DNA of 64,000 bases from an uncultured Granulicatella sp. (GTDB lineage: Bacteria > Bacillota > Bacilli > Lactobacillales > Aerococcaceae), in assembly GCA_963535215.1 (NCBI GenBank), contig CAUSWE010000005.1, positions 3,077 to 67,076 of the forward strand, in the 5' to 3' direction. The notes below the pieces were generated by a model. The model did not search any database. It was given only the letters and a program-made list of their open reading frames with translations, and was not told where the DNA came from. Positions 1-10,957 of the stretch are shown one piece after another (the stretch's first letter is position 1; each line of letters starts with the position of its first letter). The translations under genes were made by a program, and so were the position numbers.

Positions 1-1
1 A

Positions 2-130
2 ATAGCTTTTATGAAACAAGATAATAATACCGGAAGCCTCCCTATTCCTGAACAAGAAATAGAAAACTTTAAAGAAGCCTATACTCACTGTCCAACAGGA
101 GCCATTAAACGAAAAAACTCTCCTTTTTAA
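2..130 (+). CDS. fer: Ferredoxin, C-terminal part (5' end outside window)
   Basis: Frame 2 reads IAFMKQDNNTGSLPIPEQEIENFKEAYTHCPTGAIKRKNSPF*. The DNNTG and CPTGAI motifs are typical of Firmicutes single-cluster ferredoxins. Not in the ORF track. Confidence 0.8.
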   Translation: MAFMKQDNNTGSLPIPEQEIENFKEAYTHCPTGAIKRKNSPF

Positions 131-149
131 TTCCCTTTAAAAACAATTC

Positions 150-204
150 GGCAGCAGATACCTTTCGATAACTGCTGCCTTCCTTTACTACTATTAGAAA
201 AGTC
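150..204 (+). repeat. Partial copy of the structured repeat family; the ggcagcag/ctgctgcc hairpin may act as a terminator between convergent genes
   Basis: Tail gctgccttcctttactactattagaaaagtc matches the family tail gctgccgtcctttactactatatagagaagtc (31260-31291). Ends 3 nt from the stop at 208. Confidence 0.65.
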
Positions 205-207
205 AAA

Positions 208-945
208 TTACGACAATACACGCATTAAGAACTCTTTTGTTCTTTCTTTTTGCGGATTTGTAAAAATTTGCTCTGCAGTTCCCTCTTCAGCAATAACTCC
301 TTTATCCATAAAGATAACACGGTCACTGACATCTCTAGCAAATTCCATTTCGTGTGTCACAATAATCATTGTTAATCCAGTATGAGCTAAACTCTTCATT
401 GTCTCTAAAACTTCATTTACCATCTCTGGGTCTAATGCAGAAGTCGGTTCGTCAAATAATAATACATCAGGTTGCATTGATAAAGCTCTAGCAATTGCTA
501 CACGTTGTTTTTGTCCACCTGATAATTGACGAGGACGAGCATTTAAGTACGCACTCATTCCAACTTTTTCTAAGAAGCCTTTTGCAATTTCCTCAGCTTC
601 TTCTTTTGATTTTTTCAACACTTTGATAGGACCCACTGTACAGTTTTCTAATACATTTAAGTTGTTAAATAAATTAAATTGTTGGAAAACCATTCCTAAA
701 TGCGTACGATATTCATAAATATTTGTATCTTCGTCTAAAATATCTTTTCCGTTATATAAAATTTCACCAGAAGTTGGTTTTTCTAATAAGTTCACACAAC
801 GTAACAATGTTGATTTTCCCGAACCAGAAGAACCAATAATCGTTACTACTTCCCCGGCTTGCACTGAAAATGAAATATCTTTTAGGACTTCATGAGTCCC
901 GAATACTTTATTTAAATGTTTAATCGTTACTACTTCTTGACTCAT
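208..945 (-). CDS. Polar amino-acid ABC transporter ATP-binding protein
   Basis: Walker [18 protein letters not shown] signature, [13 protein letters not shown]. Confidence 0.95.
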   Translation of the reverse strand: MSQEVVTIKHLNKVFGTHEVLKDISFSVQAGEVVTIIGSSGSGKSTLLRCVNLLEKPTSGEILYNGKDILDEDTNIYEYRTHLGMVFQQFNLFNNLNVLENCTVGPIKVLKKSKEEAEEIAKGFLEKVGMSAYLNARPRQLSGGQKQRVAIARALSMQPDVLLFDEPTSALDPEMVNEVLETMKSLAHTGLTMIIVTHEMEFARDVSDRVIFMDKGVIAEEGTAEQIFTNPQKERTKEFLMRVLS

Positions 946-950
946 GATTC

Positions 951-1724
951 TTATCCTTTCCCTTTCGTTTTTTCGTATACAGATGCCATTGAATTAGAAT
1001 TTAACGGATCTGAATGAATAATTTCATAATTATCTGGACCGTCCAATCTACGTTCAATATAACGTAAAATTTGTGTTAAAACTGTTGTCATAATGAAGTA
1101 TAAAATCAATGTGACAAAGAATGTTTCAAAATAACGGAAGTTTGCTCCCGCAACTGTTTTTGTTGCAAAGTATAATTCTGAAACTGAAATTACGTTTAAT
1201 ACTGAAGTATCTTTAATGTTAATAACAAACTCATTTCCTGTCGCAGGTAAAATATTACGAATAACTTGTGGGAACACGACATTCATCATTGTTTGAGTAT
1301 GTGTCATCCCAATGGCTTGAGCTGCTTCAAATTGTCCTTTGTCGATAGAAATAATTCCTCCACGAACAATTTCAGACATGTAAGCACCAGTGTTAATCGA
1401 TACAATGAAAATCGCAGCAAACGTACGATCCATATCAATCCCAAACGCTAACGCTGATCCATAATAAATAACCATTGCTTGTACAATCATCGGTGTCCCT
1501 CTGAAAAACTCTGTATAAGCTGTTAAAATCGCATTAGCAATTTTTAAAGTAATTCTTTTTGACCCTTTTTCTGGCATTGGAATAGTTTTTACTAATCCAA
1601 TTAACAATCCGATTCCTGTTCCAATAATTGTCCCAATAATAGAAATATATAAGGTTACCCAAGCTCCATTTAGAAACATTGGCCAATTATCTTGTATAAT
1701 TTTGATAATCCATTCAATATTCAT
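951..1724 (-). CDS. Polar amino-acid ABC transporter permease
   Basis: FRGTP motif, EAA loop ([11 protein letters not shown]), NIKDTS. Confidence 0.95.
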   Translation of the reverse strand: MNIEWIIKIIQDNWPMFLNGAWVTLYISIIGTIIGTGIGLLIGLVKTIPMPEKGSKRITLKIANAILTAYTEFFRGTPMIVQAMVIYYGSALAFGIDMDRTFAAIFIVSINTGAYMSEIVRGGIISIDKGQFEAAQAIGMTHTQTMMNVVFPQVIRNILPATGNEFVINIKDTSVLNVISVSELYFATKTVAGANFRYFETFFVTLILYFIMTTVLTQILRYIERRLDGPDNYEIIHSDPLNSNSMASVYEKTKGKG

Positions 1725-1803
1725 CTTTTGTCCTCTTTCTTTTTTTAGTTATGTATCTAGAAGAGTTTCCCCTTCTAGTTTAATAAAATATGTTATTTTG
1801 CTG

Positions 1804-2616
1804 TTAGTTAGCAGCAGGTTGATTTTTGATTGCTTCATCCATAATTTGTTGACGTTCTGCATCAGAAATTTCTGATAAAGCTTTGTTAATAGCATCTTTT
1901 AATGGGCTATTTTTTTTCAATCCAACAGCTGTATCTGTATCTTCATCACTTGCTTGGAATCCATCAGTTAATTTAATCATTACGAAATCTGAATTTGCAG
2001 CTTGAGCAGAAACACCTTCTGGTAATTCAGAAACATATGCATCAATTGTTCCAGCTTGTAACGCTACACGCATTGCAGGGAAGTTATCCATTGCAGGTTG
2101 TTTTGCAACTCCTGGAATTTGGTCAATGACACTATAGTGGAAAGTATTTAATTGTCCAGTTACTTTAGCTCCTGAGAAATCTGCCAATGTTTTCGCTTGT
2201 TCAAATTTGCTACCTTTTTTAACAATCATCACTAATTGTGATTTGTAATAATTATCTGAAAAATCAATTGCTTCTTTTCTTTCAGCAGTTGGACTCATAC
2301 CAGCTATGATTGCATCTAGTTTACCAGAAACAACGCCTGGTGTTAAGCCATCCCACTCAGTTTTTACAATTACTAATTCTTTATTTAATTTTTTAGCGAC
2401 ACGTTTTGCAATTTCAACGTCATATCCGCCAGCATAATCATTTGTTCCTTGGATTTTCACTCCGCCATTAGCATCTGTTTGTTGTGTCCAGTTAAATGGA
2501 GGATATCCCGCTTCCATCCCAACTACTAATTGGTTGCTTGAAGATTTACTGCCACATGCTGCTAAACCTAAACCGATTGCTACAGTTAATAACCCTTTTA
2601 ATAAATTTTTTTTCAT
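1804..2616 (-). CDS. Amino-acid (probably lysine) ABC transporter substrate-binding lipoprotein
   Basis: True start MKKNLL at 2616 behind RBS aggagagg. Lipobox LAAC, SBP_bac_3-type motifs (AGYPPF, GYDVEIA). Lies downstream of a lysine riboswitch. Confidence 0.92.
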   Translation of the reverse strand: MKKNLLKGLLTVAIGLGLAACGSKSSSNQLVVGMEAGYPPFNWTQQTDANGGVKIQGTNDYAGGYDVEIAKRVAKKLNKELVIVKTEWDGLTPGVVSGKLDAIIAGMSPTAERKEAIDFSDNYYKSQLVMIVKKGSKFEQAKTLADFSGAKVTGQLNTFHYSVIDQIPGVAKQPAMDNFPAMRVALQAGTIDAYVSELPEGVSAQAANSDFVMIKLTDGFQASDEDTDTAVGLKKNSPLKDAINKALSEISDAERQQIMDEAIKNQPAAN

Positions 2617-2654
2617 AAAAATCCTCTCCTCTTGGCTATAAACTTCAGGACTCA

Positions 2655-2698
2655 AATAAAAAAGAGAGATTACGAACAAAAGGTTCGCAATCTCTCCT
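2655..2698 (-). terminator. Leader terminator/attenuator
   Basis: Minus strand gagagattgcgaac-ctttt-gttcgtaatctctc followed by a T-run. Confidence 0.85.
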
Positions 2699-2761
2699 GC
2701 ATAGACTCTTATCCTAAAAAAGTGTACAGAAAAAATTAGCATAAACTGCTTTTGCCCGGTA

Positions 2762-2905
2762 ATTGATTGCACTTCACACTGTTCTGGGCAGAGAGTGTGA
2801 CAGTGACTGACCTATTATGACCAGCCCCCAACATAGCTTTGCTACATTTCGGCGAAATCCCCTTTCCGTAATCACGTACTTTTGTCATCCGCGCCTCAAG
2901 TTCAA
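2762..2905 (-). ncRNA. Lysine riboswitch (L-box)
   Basis: Minus strand GAGGCGCG...AGTA...GAAAAGGGG...CGCCGAA...GCTGGTCATAATAGGTCAGTCACTGTCAC...GTGAAGTGCAA matches the L-box consensus. Upstream of an amino-acid ABC operon. Confidence 0.88.
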
Positions 2906-2931
2906 TAACCATTTATTTAATTTGTAAAGTC

Positions 2932-2960
2932 ATTGTAACAAAATGAAAATATGATGTCAA
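2932..2960 (-). promoter_or_regulatory. SigA promoter of the riboswitch leader
   Basis: TTGACA-17 bp-TACAAT with extended TG. Confidence 0.8.
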
Positions 2961-2983
2961 CTATTTTCATTAAATTTTCATCA

Positions 2984-4315
2984 TTAATTTTGTGTTGGAG
3001 AAGTACTACTTAATAATTGTTCATAAGCAAACTCGAATTTTTGTACATCTCCTGCTCCCATAAAGACAATAACAGCATCTTTATAAACCAATAATGGTGA
3101 AACATTTTCAATTTTTAAAACTGTTGCTCCACCTTCAACTAACGCTGCTAAATCTTCAATCGAAACTTTTCCAGATTTTTCACGAACAGAGGCAAAAATA
3201 TCACATAAATATACATCATCCGCTAATGATAATGCTTGGGCAAATTCATCTAATAAAGCAATTGTTCTCGTAAATGTATGTGGTTGGAATACAGCAACAA
3301 TTTTCTTTGTTGGATATTTTTGTCTTGCAGCATCTAATGTTGCACGAATTTCAGATGGATGATGTGCATAATCATCAATCACTGTAATTTCTTTAATTTT
3401 TTTCTCAGAGAAACGACGTTTTACTCCACCAAATGTTTTTAAATTCATTGCCAATTCTTCTGGATTAAAATGATTTAAGTAGTAGAATGTAATAATCGCT
3501 AGTGCATTTAAAATATTATGTGTTCCAAATGTTGGAATATCGAATTTACCATAGAATTTCCCATGGATATAAACATCAAAATGGCTACCTTCTGTATCTT
3601 TTTCTATATTTTCAGCTACAACATCGTTTTCTTTAGTAATTCCATAATAAGTAATTGGCGTTGTTACATCTAACTCACGTAGTCTTGCATCATCCCCACA
3701 AGCAATAATTCCTTTTTTCACTTGGCGACCAAATGATTCAAATGCACTTTGTACATCATCAATATCTGTATAATAATCAGGATGATCAAAGTCGATATTC
3801 GTCATAATGGCATAATCTGGTTTGTAAGCCATAAAATGACGCTTATATTCGCACGCTTCTAATACAAAATATTCAGATGCTTCTACGCCATGACCTGTGC
3901 CGTCCCCAATTAAATAACTCGTTGGTTCCATCGCACTTAAAACATGCGCTAATAAACCTGTTGTACTTGTTTTTCCATGCGAACCTGTTATTGCAACACT
4001 TTGGTATCCTTTTAATAATTCACCTAAAAATTTATGATAGCGAATGACTTCAATTCCTTTTTCACGTGCTGCTACTAATTCTTCATGGCTATCTGGAAAA
4101 GCATTTCCTGCAATAACAATTTGTCCTTCTTGAATATTTTCTGCACTAAACGGAAACATTTTAATCCCTGCATCTTCTAAACCTTTTTGAGTGAAGAAAT
4201 AATTCTCCAAGTCAGAACCTTGAACAGAATATCCTTCTCCATGTAATACTAAAGCTAGCGCACTCATTCCTGAGCCTTTTATACCCGTAAAATGATAAAT
4301 TTTACTTTTATCCAT
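2984..4315 (-). CDS. murC: UDP-N-acetylmuramate--L-alanine ligase
   Basis: [31 protein letters not shown] motifs. Confidence 0.97.
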   Translation of the reverse strand: MDKSKIYHFTGIKGSGMSALALVLHGEGYSVQGSDLENYFFTQKGLEDAGIKMFPFSAENIQEGQIVIAGNAFPDSHEELVAAREKGIEVIRYHKFLGELLKGYQSVAITGSHGKTSTTGLLAHVLSAMEPTSYLIGDGTGHGVEASEYFVLEACEYKRHFMAYKPDYAIMTNIDFDHPDYYTDIDDVQSAFESFGRQVKKGIIACGDDARLRELDVTTPITYYGITKENDVVAENIEKDTEGSHFDVYIHGKFYGKFDIPTFGTHNILNALAIITFYYLNHFNPEELAMNLKTFGGVKRRFSEKKIKEITVIDDYAHHPSEIRATLDAARQKYPTKKIVAVFQPHTFTRTIALLDEFAQALSLADDVYLCDIFASVREKSGKVSIEDLAALVEGGATVLKIENVSPLLVYKDAVIVFMGAGDVQKFEFAYEQLLSSTSPTQN

Positions 4316-4339
4316 GATAAATTCCACTTCCTATGTTTA

Positions 4340-5080
4340 CTATTTACTATATGGTAATGTATCTTTTCCTTGTTCTTGTTCCATAATCCATGATAATGAA
4401 CGATTCATTGCTCTTCTTTGTTTTCCTGGTAAAGGTTGCAATTCAGGAGCTAAAACTTCCATCGCTTGCGTATCAGGTAAATGATTTAATAATGTTTCTT
4501 GCACTATTTGTGTCGTTGGAAGATCTGATTGAAGTTTTGTTACTTTTTTCGAAGATTTCTCCACTACTTTTTGCGATACTTCCACTTCTTCCACCTTAAC
4601 CAAAGGTGTTTCTTCACTTGAAAAAATTAATAATTCCTCAGTATTCACTCTCAAATTTTCTTCTAATACTTCATAAGGAATTTGTTTTTTTATTTGAGAA
4701 GGTGGTGTCATCCCTTTTAAAATGGATGGAACAGTTGAAGGAGTAAAACGAGTTCGAGTTGGCTTTTCTTGTAAAAAACTACGCCATTTCTCCCGATTAT
4801 TCCCTCTTTGACTACTTTCTTTAAAAGATTGGAAAATTCCATCTCTTGTCTGAGGAGCATCTTTTTCTTCCAAAGCAGATTTCTGTTGCTTTGAAAAAGG
4901 CAAATAATGTTCCACAATCGTTTCCTGTTCCCTGTCTTGATTTGTTTCAAAAGAAATTTCTTCTTTTGGGTGTAAATAATTTGGAAAATCTACCCATTTT
5001 CTTTTGGAACTTTGTTTATTTGGTAAATATTGATTACTAATCTCTCTGATCGAACGATGGTTATCTGACAATAATACCAC
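4340..5080 (-). CDS. Hypothetical low-complexity protein at the SftA/YtpT position
   Basis: 246-aa ORF with RBS gaggag, operonic between ytpR and murC. No ATPase motifs. Confidence 0.7.
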   Translation of the reverse strand: MVLLSDNHRSIREISNQYLPNKQSSKRKWVDFPNYLHPKEEISFETNQDREQETIVEHYLPFSKQQKSALEEKDAPQTRDGIFQSFKESSQRGNNREKWRSFLQEKPTRTRFTPSTVPSILKGMTPPSQIKKQIPYEVLEENLRVNTEELLIFSSEETPLVKVEEVEVSQKVVEKSSKKVTKLQSDLPTTQIVQETLLNHLPDTQAMEVLAPELQPLPGKQRRAMNRSLSWIMEQEQGKDTLPYSK

Positions 5081-5094
5081 TCCTCTTCGATTTT

Positions 5095-5709
5095 TTAACC
5101 TTTAAACGGCTCTCCAATAACAGCATCATCATTTAACACTAAAATCCCTTTTTTAGCAGGCGCATTTTCTAAGCCTAATTCACGAGCAGAACATAACATT
5201 CCATGACTTTCTACCCCACGTAATTCTCCTGACCAAATAATACTTCCATTTGGCATTACAGTACCTGGAGTTGCTACTACAACTTTTTGTCCAGCTTTTA
5301 CATTTGGAGCTCCACAAACAATTTGTAATACTGTATCTTGGCTTACACGTGTTTGTGTAACATGTAAATGATCTGAATCTTCATGAGGAACACAAGTTTC
5401 TACATATCCAATTACTAAAGTATCTTTTGGGGATAAATCTAATGATTCTCCGTCAAATCCAGCTTCTTGGATTAATTTTTTTACAATTGTTTGTTCTTCA
5501 TCTGATAAAAATTGTTGCCCTGCTTTTTCAAAACGAATATGGTTTGAAATTCCTGCAATATTATAGCCAATCACTGTATTCGTTTTTTCATCGAATACAC
5601 GTGTTACTCCATTTTTAGTTTCAATCGCTACATCATAACGGTTTGCCGCTCCTGATGTTAATAATAATGTGTCTGAAATACCTTCTTGATTATAAAAACT
5701 TAACCACAT
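5095..5709 (-). CDS. ytpR: YtpR-family tRNA-binding (OB-fold) protein
   Basis: Start MWLSFYN behind aggag. QIVCGAPNV and ESHGMLCSARELGL motifs of the tRNA_bind domain. Confidence 0.9.
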   Translation of the reverse strand: MWLSFYNQEGISDTLLLTSGAANRYDVAIETKNGVTRVFDEKTNTVIGYNIAGISNHIRFEKAGQQFLSDEEQTIVKKLIQEAGFDGESLDLSPKDTLVIGYVETCVPHEDSDHLHVTQTRVSQDTVLQIVCGAPNVKAGQKVVVATPGTVMPNGSIIWSGELRGVESHGMLCSARELGLENAPAKKGILVLNDDAVIGEPFKG

Positions 5710-5737
5710 AATAATCTCCTTAAATTTATTTTTTAAA

Positions 5738-6823
5738 TTAATTTGTTCTTCCATCTAAAATTGTATCAACTGTACTACGATCTAAAGCACGAATTGTTTG
5801 GATAACCATTTCACGTGCTGCTTCATAGTCTTTAATCGAAAACATTGTTTGATGCGTATGAATATAACGAGCGCATACCCCAATCACCGTACTTGGAACT
5901 CCTTGATTCATTAAGTGAGCTTTTCCGGCATCTGTTCCACCTTGAGAAACAAAGTATTGGAATGGAATATTGTGAGTTAAAGCAGTATCTTCTAAAAATT
6001 CCTTCATACGCGGTAATGTAATTAAACCTGGATCTAAAATTCTTAATAAAAATCCTTGATCTAAATGTCCAAATGTATCTTTTGAACCTGTTAAATCATC
6101 TGCCGCAGAACAATCTACCGCAAAGAATAAATCCGGATTGAATTTTGTAACACTTGGTCCTGTACCACGTAGTCCAACTTCTTCTTGAACATTTGCTCCA
6201 GCAATTAATGTGTTTGGTAATGCTTCATTTTTCAATTCACGTAAAGCTTCTAAAACTACTGTACAACCATAACGATTATCCCATGATTTTGCAATCATTC
6301 GTTTTTTATTCGCTGTCCAAATTGTTTCCACTAACGGTACAATTGTATCTCCAGGACGAACTCCGTATTCTTCTGCTTCGCCCTTTGAAGTAAATCCAGC
6401 ATCAAATAAAATATCTGTTACTTTGACCGTTGCTTGTTGCCCACCAGCCGCACGTAATAAATGTGGAGGAACAGAGCTAGAAATTACAGGATAATCTCCT
6501 TTACGAGTTTGCAATGTAAATCGTTGCGCAGAAACGACATATGGATTCCATCCACCTAACGGGCTTACTTTTAATAAACCTGTTGCAGTAATATTGGTTA
6601 CCATAAATCCAACTTCGTCCATATGTGCTGCAATCATAATTTTAGGTGCATTGGCATCTTTATGTTCACGAACCCCAAAAATCCCACCTAAACCATCTTG
6701 CTCGATGCGATCGACTAACGGTTCCAATTCTTTTCTCATAAATTCTCGAACATTTTTTTCATGTCCACTTGTTGATTGTAATTCTGTTAAAGTTTTAATT
6801 AAACTTTCTGTTTTCTTTTCCAT
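5738..6823 (-). CDS. pepA: Glutamyl aminopeptidase (M42)
   Basis: AAHMDEVG, WDNRYG, QEEVGLRG, GGTDAG, YIHTH motifs. Confidence 0.93.
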   Translation of the reverse strand: MEKKTESLIKTLTELQSTSGHEKNVREFMRKELEPLVDRIEQDGLGGIFGVREHKDANAPKIMIAAHMDEVGFMVTNITATGLLKVSPLGGWNPYVVSAQRFTLQTRKGDYPVISSSVPPHLLRAAGGQQATVKVTDILFDAGFTSKGEAEEYGVRPGDTIVPLVETIWTANKKRMIAKSWDNRYGCTVVLEALRELKNEALPNTLIAGANVQEEVGLRGTGPSVTKFNPDLFFAVDCSAADDLTGSKDTFGHLDQGFLLRILDPGLITLPRMKEFLEDTALTHNIPFQYFVSQGGTDAGKAHLMNQGVPSTVIGVCARYIHTHQTMFSIKDYEAAREMVIQTIRALDRSTVDTILDGRTN

Positions 6824-6921
6824 TGTTCTTGCCTCCATAAGAATAAAAAGCTCGAATGTCCCGTTCCCAGTCCTTTCAGAGCTCCTTTTAACGTCACTCT
6901 TTGTATGAGAATATTCTCTTT

Positions 6922-7254
6922 TTAGGCTGACGCTATTTTATATAAATCTAGAACTGCACCAGTTTTGGCATCTGCAAAAAATTCATATTGCACCAATTCT
7001 TCTTGTTCTTTACGAGTAATGCCACCATAATATACATAGCCACTAAAATCTTCTTGTTCAATGTATACGGGTTCCATTTCAATCCATGAACCTTCAATCG
7101 TACCTACAACAGTAAACAAACGACGAACATTCCCTACAATAACATCCCCATTAACTAGCTTCTTTTCATAAAATTTAGAAATAAGCCATGCCCCTAGAAA
7201 AGCTCCAGTTGCAAAGAAAAATCCTGCTTTAAAAGATGATTGATTTTTTGACAT
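6922..7254 (-). CDS. PepSY-like small membrane-anchored protein
   Basis: N-terminal TM segment; IEGSWI...VYYGGIT...YEFFADAKTGAVLD. Conserved position between trmB and pepA. Confidence 0.75.
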   Translation of the reverse strand: MSKNQSSFKAGFFFATGAFLGAWLISKFYEKKLVNGDVIVGNVRRLFTVVGTIEGSWIEMEPVYIEQEDFSGYVYYGGITRKEQEELVQYEFFADAKTGAVLDLYKIASA

Positions 7255-7266
7255 TTTACCACTCCT

Positions 7267-7932
7267 CTACTTTACCTCATAGGGATGACGTTCTTTTGGA
7301 AAAATTGCATCTACTCGATAAATTGGATGTCCTTTAGCAGAAAACTTTTCTTCATATTCGGTCATCACATTGCCTTCAAACTCTACTTGGTGTAAATCTA
7401 ACCAAACTTGCTTTAAAATCATTCCAAATTGAGAGAACGAAGCTAAACTATATTCAAACAAGCCTCGATTATCTGTTTTAAAATGAATTTCTCCTTCTAA
7501 TGGCAATACTTGTTCATATGCTTTTAGAAAATCTGCATGAGTCAAGCGTCTTTTAGCATGACGTTTTTTAGGCCATGGATCAGAGAAATTCAAATAAATT
7601 CGATCTACTTCACCATCTTCAAAATAATCTGTCACTGTTCCACCATCAATATGTAATAATTGTAAATTTGGAACATCAGCTGCTAAAGCTTTTTCTAATG
7701 CCACAACAATAACACTTGTTTGAATTTCAATCCCAATATAATTAATATCTGGATTTTTCTTAGCCATTTCACTGACAAATTGACCTTTTCCAGATCCAAT
7801 TTCAATATGAATCGGATGATTATTTCCAAAACGCTCTTTCCAGCGTCCTTTCCATTCTTCTGGATTTTGAATCACCATTTCTGGATGAGCTAATAATGTA
7901 TCTTTAGCCCACGGTTTATTTCTTAAACGCAA
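7267..7932 (-). CDS. trmB: tRNA (guanine-N7)-methyltransferase
   Basis: [36 protein letters not shown] motifs. Confidence 0.97.
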   Translation of the reverse strand: MRLRNKPWAKDTLLAHPEMVIQNPEEWKGRWKERFGNNHPIHIEIGSGKGQFVSEMAKKNPDINYIGIEIQTSVIVVALEKALAADVPNLQLLHIDGGTVTDYFEDGEVDRIYLNFSDPWPKKRHAKRRLTHADFLKAYEQVLPLEGEIHFKTDNRGLFEYSLASFSQFGMILKQVWLDLHQVEFEGNVMTEYEEKFSAKGHPIYRVDAIFPKERHPYEVK

Positions 7933-7934
7933 TA

Positions 7935-8735
7935 TTAATACTCCTCTTCTTTCATCAAACGATGATTATAAATTGATTTTACAACTAAAATCTTTTCGTT
8001 CATTTCATAATAACGACCTTCAAAATGACTTTTCTTAATAAAGTTTAAACAATTCATCAAAGCATACCATTCAATTCGTTGGTAAATATTCGTTGATAAG
8101 TTTAAACCATAGGCATCTAGCCATTCACCCCATTGGTGAACAGGAATATATTGGGTTAAAATCATTGTTAAATCCGATACAGGATCTGCTAAACGAACCA
8201 TTTCCCAATCAATTAAATATAATTTATCGTTTGCCAACAAGAAATTACGACGATCTAAATCACCATGACAAACAGTTTTTCCTGCTTCTAATACAAGCGG
8301 TAATGTTTCTTTTAAATAATCTAACACTTCTGATAAGAAACGATGACTTTGTAACCCTGACTGCAAATTTTCTAAATAATCTTCAATGAAATGCTGAGCG
8401 GTATATTCTTCGCCTTGAATTTTTTGAAGCATTAATAGTAAATTAGGAGATTGATGGATTTCTTTTAATAAATCAATCACTTCCATCGAATTCATTTCTT
8501 CAGTTGTTAAGGATCGACCATTTAACCATTCTTGAGCTGTTAGAACATCTCCATTTCCAGCTCTTTTGGTCCACATTAATTTAGGAGCAATGCCTTCACC
8601 CGATAAAGCAGCTAAAAATGGGGAAGAATTTCTTTTTAAGAAAACTCTCTCCTGCGCTCTCACTGCCATATAGGCTTGTCCGGTATCTCCCCCAATTGGA
8701 TGTAATTCCCATCCGGCATCCATATTTTGTTCCAT
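7935..8735 (-). CDS. ccrZ: Cell-cycle regulator CcrZ (YtmP, choline-kinase-like phosphotransferase)
   Basis: [32 protein letters not shown] motifs. Directly upstream of trmB. Confidence 0.88.
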   Translation of the reverse strand: MEQNMDAGWELHPIGGDTGQAYMAVRAQERVFLKRNSSPFLAALSGEGIAPKLMWTKRAGNGDVLTAQEWLNGRSLTTEEMNSMEVIDLLKEIHQSPNLLLMLQKIQGEEYTAQHFIEDYLENLQSGLQSHRFLSEVLDYLKETLPLVLEAGKTVCHGDLDRRNFLLANDKLYLIDWEMVRLADPVSDLTMILTQYIPVHQWGEWLDAYGLNLSTNIYQRIEWYALMNCLNFIKKSHFEGRYYEMNEKILVVKSIYNHRLMKEEEY

Positions 8736-8781
8736 ATTTCTATCCCTACCGACCATTTCTTGAGTTTATTCGTTATCTTTC

Positions 8782-8810
8782 ATTGTATGCTGTCCCAATG
8801 GTTCCGTCAA
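8782..8810 (-). promoter_or_regulatory. SigA promoter for the ccrZ-trmB operon
   Basis: TTGACG-17 bp-TACAAT. Confidence 0.7.
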
Positions 8811-8834
8811 GCTTCACAACGAATCTATTTTCAT

Positions 8835-10067
8835 TTAACGTTTTTTCTTTTTCCGATTTAAACGTGGTTTTAAATAACCATATAAAAATACTGCTGATAA
8901 TATTGGATACCATACTATTCCAGCTAACACAAAAACATTTCTCGAAACTAAAGCTGTTAATAAGCTAATAATGACACTTGCTCCAATGACTAACTGTAAA
9001 ACTACTCCAATAAAATCATCCATCATTTCTTTTGGTTCATATAAGGAATGAATATAAATCGAATGAGCTTTTGGATGTTTATATAAAGAGGCAAATTGGA
9101 AACAAATCACTACTATCATTATTGATTGAATTCCCATTATCCAATACCAAATTGAACTAGCAAATGACAACAAGACTGTTGTGACAATCATTTGAAGGAA
9201 TACCGTAACATAATTGGAGCTTCTTAATGCTGTTCGAACTAATAAATAACGATACGGATGAATCCGATTTGGTGTTAGTTTTCCTACGAAAATATCTAAT
9301 GATTGATTACGTTTTGCTTGATGTTTCTTTAAAAATGGTATATCTACAAATAGAGCAATTACTCGAAAAATCCTTTGTTGACGTGCTTGTTCACTTTGAA
9401 TCATTTCATTCCAGTTGAAATTCACTGTTTTAGCAGATGCAAAACGATAAAGTCCAAATGCAAGAACTGCCAAGACTTGTGTCATCGATAAAGAAAACAC
9501 TTTTGGAATAAAAGAAAGAATGCCAAATAAACAAATACTATTCACTAAATAGAGTGCTAGGTTATAATAAGAACTTTTCGGTAATTTCCCTTCTAATACA
9601 GATTTTTGAACCATAAAATGGAATCCTTTTAAAGATAATAGCGTTACAAAAATAGCCATAAATGGAATCATTCCGTTCCCATATGCTTGCATAAAAATCG
9701 GCAACACAAAAATCGTTGCAATAAAATTCATCACTAATGGAAAAATCCAACTATAACGAATCGCACGTTTAAAATAAGGTTTAAAATCTTCACCAATTAC
9801 ACTTAAAAAGTGAATATCAGCTTCTTCTACATAAGTAGCAATTTCACCAAATAATGGAAAAATAGCTAATAATAAACTGACAAATAATATTAGCGGCCAT
9901 TCTAAAATACGAATTGTTTTTAACCATGTTGAATATTGAAATAATAGAAAGCCAAATAAGAAAAAGAACACAATCATAAAATGATCATTCATCATATATT
10001 TGGCATATTTCATTACTTTTTTCTGATAAGTCTTGAAACGAGTTCCCCACAATTGTTCACTATTCAT
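8835..10067 (-). CDS. ecsB: ABC exporter permease EcsB
   Basis: KYMMNDHF N-terminal motif, multiple TM helices, follows ecsA. Confidence 0.88.
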   Translation of the reverse strand: MNSEQLWGTRFKTYQKKVMKYAKYMMNDHFMIVFFFLFGFLLFQYSTWLKTIRILEWPLILFVSLLLAIFPLFGEIATYVEEADIHFLSVIGEDFKPYFKRAIRYSWIFPLVMNFIATIFVLPIFMQAYGNGMIPFMAIFVTLLSLKGFHFMVQKSVLEGKLPKSSYYNLALYLVNSICLFGILSFIPKVFSLSMTQVLAVLAFGLYRFASAKTVNFNWNEMIQSEQARQQRIFRVIALFVDIPFLKKHQAKRNQSLDIFVGKLTPNRIHPYRYLLVRTALRSSNYVTVFLQMIVTTVLLSFASSIWYWIMGIQSIMIVVICFQFASLYKHPKAHSIYIHSLYEPKEMMDDFIGVVLQLVIGASVIISLLTALVSRNVFVLAGIVWYPILSAVFLYGYLKPRLNRKKKKR

Positions 10068-10803
10068 GATGATCACCTGTATTCGTTGTTAAGGCAAAAT
10101 ACACGTCTTCTAATGAAGTTTCATCAATTTTAACTTCACCTTTAAGCGTTTCTAAATCTCCTTGTGCTTGAACCACTCCATCATGTAAGACAATGAAACG
10201 ATCACAATATTTTTCTGCAGTATCTAGCACATGCGTAGACATTAAGATTGCGGCACCTGATTCTTTTTTCTCTTTTAAAACATTTAATAATGTACGAATT
10301 CCTAATGGATCTAATCCTAAAAATGGTTCATCGACCACATATAATGGGACGTCTAACATTAAGGCACAAACAATGAGTACCTTTTGCTTCATTCCTTTTG
10401 AAAAATAAGCTGGGAACCAATCTAATTGTTTTGTTAAACGAAATTGCTCTACTAATTCCATCGCACGATGCATTGTTTCTGGTGTATCTTGTTGATACGC
10501 ACGCGCTGTTAATTCAATATGCTCTCTAAAGGTTAATTCTTCATATAAAACAGGCGTCTCCGGGATGACCGCAATCAATTTACGATAATCTCTCACACTT
10601 TCCTCAACAGTATGCCCTTGAATCGAAATCTTCCCCGAAAATGGTTGAATAAAATTCGTAATACATTTAATTGTTGTACTTTTCCCTGCCCCATTTAATC
10701 CAATGAGTCCACAAATTTCCCCTGATTGTACTTCAAAAGAAACTCCTTTAATAACAGGAACTTGAGTATAACCAGCTGTTATATTCTCTACTTTTAATGT
10801 CAT
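10060..10803 (-). CDS. ecsA: ABC exporter ATP-binding EcsA
   Basis: GLNGAGKSTT, FSKGMKQKV, DEPFLGLDP motifs. Divergent from hit. Confidence 0.92.
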   Translation of the reverse strand: MTLKVENITAGYTQVPVIKGVSFEVQSGEICGLIGLNGAGKSTTIKCITNFIQPFSGKISIQGHTVEESVRDYRKLIAVIPETPVLYEELTFREHIELTARAYQQDTPETMHRAMELVEQFRLTKQLDWFPAYFSKGMKQKVLIVCALMLDVPLYVVDEPFLGLDPLGIRTLLNVLKEKKESGAAILMSTHVLDTAEKYCDRFIVLHDGVVQAQGDLETLKGEVKIDETSLEDVYFALTTNTGDHHE

Positions 10804-10957
10804 AACTTTCTCCAATCCTACACAATTTAGCATTATTATATCAAAAATTCATCCTAGTTCCTAGAAACTTTCATTCAAAGAAAAACTTCGCGATTTCATT
10901 GCATTCCAATACTACACGTGGTACGATTTGACTATATACACCAAGGAGGTTTTTATT

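Noticed and set aside
2617..2772. N-terminal extension of the lysine-binding protein in the ORF track
   Set aside because: It overlaps the riboswitch leader and terminator. The real start, with RBS and lipoprotein signal, is at 2616.
2923..2939. WalR-like direct repeat TGTAAA-N5-TGTAAC
   Set aside because: One half is simply the extended -10 of the lysine-transporter promoter and the target is not a cell-wall gene, so it is probably chance.
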